From Promethearchaeota archaeon (GTDB lineage Archaea; Asgardarchaeota; Lokiarchaeia; Sigyniarchaeales; SOKP01): DNA of 29,554 nt. Both the position numbers and the translations under genes were made by a program. Where the stretch lies: the NCBI GenBank assembly GCA_048938445.1, contig JBHLME010000041.1, positions 4,704 to 34,257 of the forward strand, read 5' to 3'. The notes under the pieces are model-generated. The model was not told the origin of the DNA. It ran no database searches and saw only the letters and a list, made by a program, of their open reading frames with translations. This document shows positions 1-7,611 of this stretch, piece by piece (within the stretch, counting starts at the first letter, position 1; each line of letters opens with the position of its first letter).

Positions 1-187
1 TGTAAATCGACCTGCGTATTTACCTATTCAGTAATTTTAGAAGAATTTCGATCTGGATTTATAATAATATTACCTTACTTATGGGATTAAATATTTTCTA
101 GTTTTGAAAACTAATTATTTGAAATTTAGTAAACTAATTTACATATAAAATTTTTTTTTTATTACTTACTTTCAATGTGATCATAAT

Positions 188-1084
188 ATGACAGAGATTT
201 ATATAGTAGGGGTAATTTTTGCGATTTTAGGAGGGATCATCAACATGGCTGGACAAATTCTTCAAAAAAAAGTAATTAATGAGATTCCAAGAGAGAAAAG
301 GGATAAAAAATTCATGAGAACCCTTCTAAAAAGTCCAATGTGGATAACAGGAATCATCATGATAATGGTTGGGAGCGCAATATTTTTTATTATTGCTCAA
401 GCAATCATTGGTGGGGCACTTGTTCCAGGTTTAAGCGCCTCAGGAATGATTATTTTGGTGATTGGAGCGACGAAAATCATTGGTGAAAAGATTGAACGAT
501 CTGAGTTGGTTGGAATATTTCTTTGCATGCTTGGGATTCTACTGATTGGCTTGAGTGAATTATCAATTGCAGGAGACCTGAATTATTTTACAGATTTATT
601 ATTTAATTTAAGAATTGGGGTGTTTACAGGGATTTTGATGGTTCTCTGGTTTATTTTTCGTATTGCAGGAAAGAAAAAATTACAGAAAAAAGCTTTGTAT
701 TTAGCATTAGCAGCAGGAATTCCATTCGCAATTGGTAATCTCTGGTTACAACCTTTTATTGTTGCAATTGCATCATTGTTTAGTGGAAGCGCGGGAATTT
801 TTGAAATTGTAGTATTTATTACATGTTCTCTATTTGTATCCTTCCCAAATATTCTTGGTATCAAGCATCTTCAAGATGCCTTTAAAAATGGTAATGTGAG
901 TAAGATTGCACCTATTCAAGCGATACCTATTCAAGTCATTCCAGTATTTATCTATTTTATTGTCTATTTCAAACCCGTCCCATCAATGTTTTCCCTAATT
1001 TACATTGTTGGTGGAATTATTTCTATTATTATTTGTGGTTTTTTATTGTCTAAGAAGCAAGAAGCAATGGAATCACTTAAATAA
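188..1084 (+). CDS. DMT-superfamily membrane transporter, NIPA-like (possible Mg2+ transporter)
   Basis: 298 aa with ~9 hydrophobic helices. N-terminal 'GVIFAILGGIINMAGQILQKK', 'LLKSPMWITGIIM' and 'IIGEKIERSELVGIFLCMLG' follow the NIPA/DMT pattern (LQKK, WxxG, LxE..G..LC). Confidence 0.65.
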   Translation: MTEIYIVGVIFAILGGIINMAGQILQKKVINEIPREKRDKKFMRTLLKSPMWITGIIMIMVGSAIFFIIAQAIIGGALVPGLSASGMIILVIGATKIIGEKIERSELVGIFLCMLGILLIGLSELSIAGDLNYFTDLLFNLRIGVFTGILMVLWFIFRIAGKKKLQKKALYLALAAGIPFAIGNLWLQPFIVAIASLFSGSAGIFEIVVFITCSLFVSFPNILGIKHLQDAFKNGNVSKIAPIQAIPIQVIPVFIYFIVYFKPVPSMFSLIYIVGGIISIIICGFLLSKKQEAMESLK

Positions 1085-1134
1085 TTTTAACCAATATATT
1101 TTAATCTATAATTTTAAATTTCAAGTGAAATATC

Positions 1135-1587
1135 ATGAATTTGGCGGAATTCGAAGAAAAATGGAAAATAGAAGGCAAGACAGAGGTAGGAACAATTAAA
1201 TGTTTTTTAATTGCAATTTTGGAATATCTAGATGGTAACGAAGAAGCAGAAAAAATGATTGTCCTCCCAATGCAAGAAAATGAGATTAATCGCGTGAAAT
1301 ATTATTTAACTACACAATTTGGCAGAACTAAAAATATTGCTGCATCCTATTTAGGTGGTACCCCTGATAATGATTATCAATATAATTATGATAATGAGGT
1401 AGTAATTCTAGAGAGCCAATCAAAACGAGGAGAAGATAAGAGCAAGATTTTTATAAAGAGTGGAGGAAAAGATTTGCCTTCTCCTGTCCATTTGCAAAAA
1501 GATGATCAGGGATATTGGAAATTAATTAATGTGAGCTCCATAGCCACAGGTGTACAAAAATCCAAAAGTGAAAAGGAAGAAAATTAA
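1135..1587 (+). CDS. Hypothetical protein, DUF6935-like
   Basis: 150-aa ORF. 'SYLGGTPDNDY' and 'KIFIKSGGKDLPSPVHLQKDDQGYWKL' resemble the DUF6935 signature as I recall it. Confidence 0.5.
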   Translation: MNLAEFEEKWKIEGKTEVGTIKCFLIAILEYLDGNEEAEKMIVLPMQENEINRVKYYLTTQFGRTKNIAASYLGGTPDNDYQYNYDNEVVILESQSKRGEDKSKIFIKSGGKDLPSPVHLQKDDQGYWKLINVSSIATGVQKSKSEKEEN

Positions 1588-1976
1588 GCGTTCAAAAGAA
1601 AACAATATTAGGAAATCATAAAAATTTTGAAGTCCAACTCAAATTTTAATTTTTTATTCTATTTTTTATAAAATCAATTGATCATTTAAATTTTAAAGAG
1701 TAAAGGTAATTATTTTAAGAAGTTATTCTTTCAAGTTGTGTATTTACCTATCTATCAAGGATGCTTTAACAAATAGATCACCAAGATAATGCCGAGAATT
1801 GAAATGGAAAGAAAAAAAATTAATAGTCTTATTCTAAAATACTATTAAATTAGCTCAATTCTTGAATAAATTGCCCTAAGCTTTATTATTTATAATAGTT
1901 CATTTTCATTCCAAACGATTTTTTAATATCATTTTTATTCCATTAAAATAAGCAAAAAAAAACAACTTGATGAAAA

Positions 1977-2510
1977 ATGTTAATAGCCCCCACTCAACAA
2001 GAAAAGATCTTGAAAATTATAGTAGCAGGTAATTCCGGTGTAGGGAAGACTACACTTTTAAAGCGATATGTTGAAGGAAAATTCATGCAAGCGTCTAAAA
2101 TGACTGTTGGAGTCGATCATTTCATTAAAGAATTACAGCATTCCAATACATTATGTAAAATGCAATTATGGGACTTAGGTGGTCAAGATAGATTTCGATA
2201 CATCGTAGATATCGCATTGCGCGGAACTCAAGGTGCGTTATTATTGTTTGATGTTACGAATTATAGCAGCTTTCTCTCCCTGGATAAATGGGTCAAGTTA
2301 TTACGTTCTCAAGATAAAGAATTACCTATCCTCTTAATTGCAACAAAATGCGACCTTTATGAGTTCTCCGTGGTTAAGAATGTTCTCATTCCTAAAATAG
2401 TAAAAAGAAATCAAATGTGTGATTATATTGAAACCTCTTCAAAAACTGGGCAAAATATCGAAAAAGTTTTTGAATCTCTTATTTCATATTTAATTACCCC
2501 TAAAGTCTAA
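1977..2510 (+). CDS. Rab/Ras-superfamily small GTPase (Asgard type, no C-terminal prenylation motif)
   Basis: G1 GNSGVGKT, G2 TVGVDH, G3 WDLGGQ followed by RFR, G4 variant TKCD, G5 ETSSK. Ends LITPKV with no Cys. Confidence 0.93.
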   Translation: MLIAPTQQEKILKIIVAGNSGVGKTTLLKRYVEGKFMQASKMTVGVDHFIKELQHSNTLCKMQLWDLGGQDRFRYIVDIALRGTQGALLLFDVTNYSSFLSLDKWVKLLRSQDKELPILLIATKCDLYEFSVVKNVLIPKIVKRNQMCDYIETSSKTGQNIEKVFESLISYLITPKV

Positions 2511-2682
2511 TTACAATGAGTTTTTCATTTTTGTTTAATTATAAAGGACAATCAAAAGGTGGGACACAACTACGGGACATCAGGGAAATAATTTAAATAA
2601 AAATAAAAAAAGGTTAAGGAAAATACTTATCAACGGGATCTATTTTGTCTTCTTGAATCTAAATTATTTTTAAATAGATATG

Positions 2683-3186
2683 CTAAATATAATGATGCTG
2701 TTCTCCACCACAATTTTCACAAAATTTTGCAGTTGCGTTGATCTTATACCCGCATAATCCACAAAACTTAGTTTTAATTGGTTCGACGTGATTCTTTTCT
2801 TTTTCCACCTTTTCTTGAACGAAGGGTAATTTAAAGGGTAATTTAATCACCGGGACAAACTGACCACATTGAGGACAATTAATTTTTCCTTTTTTACCTT
2901 GCTTGAAAGTTTTTCGTGGACCAAAACCAGACACTTGTCCCATGCAATCTGCACACCACACGCTCTTACAATTTTTACATGAAAAAAAGTAATTCTGCCA
3001 CGCTTCTCCCCAATAGGTCTTATCGTTGGTATTTCGATTGCATAACACGCAGTAATGATCGGATAGAGGCCTTCTTGGTATAATCGACCTCTCGTTAATA
3101 TTTTCACCCTTTTTAATAAGTACTTCATCAAATTCTTCACTATCACTTGGAAGCGATTTTTTATTTTTTACTTGTTCATTCAACAT
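2683..3186 (-). CDS. Zinc-finger protein: C4C4 RING/FYVE-like finger plus C-terminal zinc ribbon
   Basis: C46-x2-C-x20-C-x2-C-x4-C-x2-C-x22-C-x2-C107, then FCGLCG...FCENCG (C142/145/156/159). Confidence 0.75.
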   Translation of the reverse strand: MLNEQVKNKKSLPSDSEEFDEVLIKKGENINERSIIPRRPLSDHYCVLCNRNTNDKTYWGEAWQNYFFSCKNCKSVWCADCMGQVSGFGPRKTFKQGKKGKINCPQCGQFVPVIKLPFKLPFVQEKVEKEKNHVEPIKTKFCGLCGYKINATAKFCENCGGEQHHYI

Positions 3187-3359
3187 AATAATGCACTTTT
3201 TTAATTTATTTTAGTTTTCCCCATTAGGATGTTGCTTCAATGTATATCATTATCAATGATGATGCATATTAAAAGCATTTGGAGTCCAATTTTAATAAAT
3301 TTTGAAGGTAACTTGCAGGAAGCAAGGAAGAATGAGGATGATTTGGTATCATTGTTTGA

Positions 3360-4337
3360 TTATTTATCAGTTGAAAAATGTTTAAGAAATTGATCTTTTT
3401 TTTCTTTTGACATGCGAATGGTATTGATAAGGGAGGGATCTATACGAAATGCGGAGAGATTCTGGTAAAATTTTATGGGGAGCTTGTTTTGAACACACCA
3501 TTTAGCAAGTTCGACATCATCCTTTAATATTTCAAAATGTTCATAAAATTCATAAGAAGCATTATTTTGAAACCCCCATTTTGCTAACTCTGGAGCTTCT
3601 TTCAACTTATTGAAGTTATCATAGAAAACTTTATGAACTCGATTTTGAAAGGCCCACTTAGCTAACTCCGGATTCTCCTTAAATTTATCGAAATTATTAA
3701 AAAAATCTACATGACTACCCCAATACCACACGGGCGCAGAGTTTCGAAGAACCCATTTTGTAAGCTTTATATTTTTCATTAATTTATCAATATTGTTAAA
3801 AAAAGCTGGAGGGAGATCGTAATAAATGCCTTGAAGTATTATCTTCACAGTTGGAGATTTTACTGAATTAGAAAGGAGTTTAATTTCTTCAAATGAAAAA
3901 TTGTCAAGATACCCTTCTTTATGCAAGTAAATCACCACGTTATCATTGCCCTCTTCCAGCCGATATATTATCTCTTCTTTAAAGACTCTCTTGGCAACGG
4001 GATCCCCTATTTCCGTCAATTTTTTTAGCAAGGGAAATGCCAAATTTCTGTGAAGGAGTCGAGTGTCATAATCATTTTCAACCCAGGCGTGTATGTTCGA
4101 ACAATGTCCCCAAAATTCTTGTTCAGGACTTATGTCTAATTCCTTGTACGTGTTAGATCGATCGTTTTCCTCCATCTCATCTATAGATTGAATGTCATCA
4201 AATTCGTGAACTTCATCAATGGGAAAATTAAAAGCAAGATACTTGCATTGCTGGAATAAATGTTCATCTAAATAGATATTAGTATTAATCCCTTCCAACT
4301 TGAGCGTGATATAAGCGTTAATCTTGAATTCTTTCAT
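3360..4337 (-). CDS. Lokiarchaeal-type conserved N-terminal domain protein (family usually LRR-linked) with C-terminal ~26-aa helical repeats
   Basis: 'EFKINAYITLKLE...FQQCKYL...EQEFWGHCSNIHAWVENDYDTRLLHRNLAFPLLKKLTEIGDPVAKRVFKEEI' matches a domain I recall as expanded in Lokiarchaeia. The C-terminal repeats are directly visible. Confidence 0.75.
   Translation of the reverse strand: MKEFKINAYITLKLEGINTNIYLDEHLFQQCKYLAFNFPIDEVHEFDDIQSIDEMEENDRSNTYKELDISPEQEFWGHCSNIHAWVENDYDTRLLHRNLAFPLLKKLTEIGDPVAKRVFKEEIIYRLEEGNDNVVIYLHKEGYLDNFSFEEIKLLSNSVKSPTVKIILQGIYYDLPPAFFNNIDKLMKNIKLTKWVLRNSAPVWYWGSHVDFFNNFDKFKENPELAKWAFQNRVHKVFYDNFNKLKEAPELAKWGFQNNASYEFYEHFEILKDDVELAKWCVQNKLPIKFYQNLSAFRIDPSLINTIRMSKEKKDQFLKHFSTDK
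3429..3818 (-). repeat. Intragenic tandem protein repeat, ~26 aa x ~4.5 (consensus F(Y/F)xNFxKLKExPELAKWxxQN)
   Basis: Conserved Trp at aa 195, 228, 254, 280 and unit-initial Phe at aa 179, 212, 238, 264, 290. Confidence 0.85.
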
Positions 4338-4776
4338 TATAAATTAATTTCAATTTTTTGTCTAACATTAATAATAATTTGACACTCTTAAATGATATAA
4401 ATTCTCCCTGGTAAAATTAAGAGAAATGCAAATTTGAAAGTTTTAAAAAGATTTTTTAATTTAATGGACCTGCATATTATCCTTTCTTTTTACTACTTTC
4501 TCTTGATATTATATTCTAGAACCATTTAAATTTTTAATCAAGGATCTCTCATTTAATAATTGCATAATTTATTTTAATTAAGTTCTGGAAATAATATAAT
4601 AATTACATCATTGAAGTTAAATATTCAAATAATTAGATAAGATTATGTTAAGATAAGAGTTCTAAACCTCATAGTAGCATTTATTAAATGTAGATTGTAA
4701 GTAAATCCAATAAATCTTCTATTTGATAAATCTTATAAAGACCAATCTTTTCTAACTTTTTAACTTCTATAGAAAA

Positions 4777-7539
4777 TTATTTCCTTCCTAATTTGATAAT
4801 CATTACAATTACAGTACTTATAAGCCCTATAATTATAACAATGAAAATTATATCAGCTATATCTAATCCATTTAAATTATTATTATTTGAACTTATATTG
4901 AAATCAATTTTAATGCTCGTCTGTGGATCAGTAATAATGAATGTTTCGGTTTTATCTTGCGTTCCGATTATTATTGTATCACCATAATTGAAATTCAAGA
5001 TCGACAAATCAAACTCGTAATGATTATCCATAACATCTATTATTATAGATTCACCATTAGTGATATCTATAACCATTAAATTATATACTCCTTGTACATC
5101 ACCAAATATATAGAACGCTGGAGATGAACTTGCGAATAGTTGCACTTCTTTCACGTGCCACCATTGATTTTGACTGTTATAAGTTCCCGTTATTTTGATG
5201 AACCTTACCTTGGAATTGATCACGTCCCACTGCCACGATTTATGCTCTCCTGAGGTTTTATCCACGACAAGCGTCCAAGTCGTATTGTCCGTGGAAATTT
5301 CAATTTTATATTGATAATATCGATTATCCCCGTCCCAAAAATGGGTTTTAATTGCCCTAATATCATAATTACATGGTAATTCAATGTAAAGTGAATTACC
5401 AAGATCATTTGAAGCATATGTAGTGTCATCATCATCGACCATCTTACCGGCATCAGAGCTTCCATGTGCAATAGAATTAATTATAGGAGTACGGTAAAAT
5501 ACGAGTTCTTGTTCGTATGTGTTTTCGAGACCCCACAAATCCGTTGTTTCTATACGAATCGCATGAGTTCCAATATTATAATCAAACGTGTTTATTTTAA
5601 GTTCGGAAATCGTATCAGAATTGACAAGCCATTCCTTAAAACACAAATCTTCTACATGTTCTCCATCAAGATACCATGAAGCTCTCGTAATTAATTGGGC
5701 GTTTGAAATGCATTGTCCGAAATAAAGTGTCCTTGAAACGCTTGAAGTAGGTGTGGTATATCCAGATATTATAATGTCGCTCGTCGTGGGAATGATATCC
5801 AGATCTTCATTAAAATAATCACATATTCCTTTAAAAATGGCTAGAGCAATCTTGCTTCGAAGATTGATATTTGAGATTAAATTAAAATCTTCCTGATTCG
5901 AAAGGAATACAGGATATACCATTACAGAAGGCATGTTCGTGTTAGAAAGTTCATCAAAATGCCTACCAAGCGTGGTATAATCCCCTTTAGCACCTCTATT
6001 CGTTGTTTCTAAATCTGAAACTATTCGAGTTTGGATGTTGCTTGCAAGGTTAAGTCCATTGACAGAGTATGAAACATCACTTTCAGCCCAATAATAAGTC
6101 TCAGAACCTCTTGTTGCTGTTGATGAATCAAGATTATTACATTGAAGGCTCACAAAAATATCAGCATTATTATCATTTGCAGTAGCGCACCTTTGATCGA
6201 TTGAGACTGCTATATCAGAATCTCTTGTCATTAAAACTGAAGCACCTGCGTATAACAACATTTCTTTCAAGCGTAAACCAACATCAAGATTGAAATCTTC
6301 TTCATTTGGAAATGCAGGACCATCAATCCCGAGAACTCCTGTTTCTGCACCACCATCTCCAGGATCTATGCATATTATCTTTCCTGTCAATGAATTTGAT
6401 ATTTCAGAAAATTTGGAAATAATTAAAGACCAAATATCCGATGTTTCATAACCAAGAGCCCAAAATCCAACTCCTCGAAGATTAATTAAATTAACGTAAT
6501 CAAATTTTAATCCTAAAGATTCTGAATCTTCATACCAACATTGATGCCATTCAGATCCATCTTGATATCGATACCATGGTGTATGTGAGTTAGAATCCCA
6601 AATTCTCCCATATGTTTGAGCATTAATAATAGCATTTCTCAATAAAACACTTACACCAGAACCTATAGTTGAGGCTCCCGCTATACTTGAAGAACAAGGC
6701 CAATCATATCCATAGAAAGGAACTCCTAAGATAATTTGCGAATTTAAGTAATAATTTGTCAATCTATTCACAGAATCAACAATATCAAATTGATTTGGAT
6801 CATCATAAGGAGACACTGCTCCTGTAGTTGGACCACTTCTCCAATGGTAATCATAACCCATGAGGAATACCGCATCAGTATATTGAGATAAATAATTATT
6901 ACGATATATGCTTTCAACACTTCCTGAAACACAAAAAGATATATGATTATTAGGATTAGCAGTTTTGAGAGTATTAAATAGAATTTCCATTAATTGTTCA
7001 AATAATAATAAATTTGAACCTCCTGTAAGGGAATTAGTTGGATTCGGAAATTCAAAGTCCAAATTTACCCCATCAACATTATATGTTTCTAAAACATCTA
7101 AAACATTATTAGCAAAATCATTTTTATGATATGCAAATATACTGTCTTGAGTATTTTGATCAAAACAAGTGATACATATTGTTATTTTAACACTATTTTG
7201 TTGAGCATTTGTTTTTACCGTATTAAATTGGGCAATTCCTGGTGGTGATAACGTTCCATCACTATTTGCGCCCCAAGAAAAATATGCGATATATGTCAGG
7301 GCATCCCAATTTGGTTCATAGGAAGAAGGATTGGTCCAATAAGGCCAAAATCCATAAGTTAGTTTATTTCCCTCTAAATTTGATCTCTTCGGAGTCAAGT
7401 TATCAATATCATTGTTGTTTTCATAAAATTCAGAGATTATAGGATAATTTGATAATGATGAAATATATGTTATTAAAATACACGCAATTAAAACAATACA
7501 AATTTTTCCAGAGCTCTTTTTATTAATCAAATTTATCAC
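4777..7539 (-). CDS. Membrane-anchored GH18 glycoside hydrolase + inactive Amidase_3 domain + Ig-like region + F5/8 type C (discoidin) domain + C-terminal TM anchor
   Basis: N-terminal hydrophobic segment. GH18 motifs DGVNLDFE (D156/N159/D161/E163), LMGYDY, LGVPFYGYDW, GVGFWALG. Amidase-fold domain from aa ~385 with DPGDGG/SLQCN/MVYPVF. Discoidin region ~5131-5480. C-terminal IIFIVIIIGLISTVIVMII-KLGRK. The true start may be TTG at 7530, since the called GTG lies inside an AGGTGAT SD. Confidence 0.88.
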   Translation of the reverse strand: MINLINKKSSGKICIVLIACILITYISSLSNYPIISEFYENNNDIDNLTPKRSNLEGNKLTYGFWPYWTNPSSYEPNWDALTYIAYFSWGANSDGTLSPPGIAQFNTVKTNAQQNSVKITICITCFDQNTQDSIFAYHKNDFANNVLDVLETYNVDGVNLDFEFPNPTNSLTGGSNLLLFEQLMEILFNTLKTANPNNHISFCVSGSVESIYRNNYLSQYTDAVFLMGYDYHWRSGPTTGAVSPYDDPNQFDIVDSVNRLTNYYLNSQIILGVPFYGYDWPCSSSIAGASTIGSGVSVLLRNAIINAQTYGRIWDSNSHTPWYRYQDGSEWHQCWYEDSESLGLKFDYVNLINLRGVGFWALGYETSDIWSLIISKFSEISNSLTGKIICIDPGDGGAETGVLGIDGPAFPNEEDFNLDVGLRLKEMLLYAGASVLMTRDSDIAVSIDQRCATANDNNADIFVSLQCNNLDSSTATRGSETYYWAESDVSYSVNGLNLASNIQTRIVSDLETTNRGAKGDYTTLGRHFDELSNTNMPSVMVYPVFLSNQEDFNLISNINLRSKIALAIFKGICDYFNEDLDIIPTTSDIIISGYTTPTSSVSRTLYFGQCISNAQLITRASWYLDGEHVEDLCFKEWLVNSDTISELKINTFDYNIGTHAIRIETTDLWGLENTYEQELVFYRTPIINSIAHGSSDAGKMVDDDDTTYASNDLGNSLYIELPCNYDIRAIKTHFWDGDNRYYQYKIEISTDNTTWTLVVDKTSGEHKSWQWDVINSKVRFIKITGTYNSQNQWWHVKEVQLFASSSPAFYIFGDVQGVYNLMVIDITNGESIIIDVMDNHYEFDLSILNFNYGDTIIIGTQDKTETFIITDPQTSIKIDFNISSNNNNLNGLDIADIIFIVIIIGLISTVIVMIIKLGRK
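4915..6370. repeat. Copy 1 of ~1.45 kb duplicated module (pseudo-amidase/Ig-like/discoidin)
   Basis: Aligns to 8134-9589 at a constant offset of 3219 bp; 5153-5266 is identical to 8372-8485 (114 bp). Boundaries are approximate. Confidence 0.95.
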
Positions 7540-7594
7540 CTATATTATTTGTTTTTCTCAAAGGTTTTCAAATTAAATGAAAAATGATTTTAAT

Positions 7595-7604
7595 AAAAAA
7601 AAAA
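7595..7604 (-). terminator. Oligo-T (T10) tract, candidate archaeal terminator/attenuator between amidase and GH18 genes
   Basis: A10 on the + strand just downstream of the stop at 7612. AT-rich background lowers significance. Confidence 0.35.
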
Positions 7605-7611
7605 TATATAT

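Noticed and set aside
1-90. Possible 3' end of an upstream gene
   Set aside because: Two + frames are open from the edge (stops at 34 and 90) and neither has a recognisable motif.
1740-1870. Coding-like stretch (e.g. MPRIEMERKKINSLILKYY) in the gap before the GTPase
   Set aside because: Very short, no SD, no recognisable family; cannot be supported as a gene or pseudogene.
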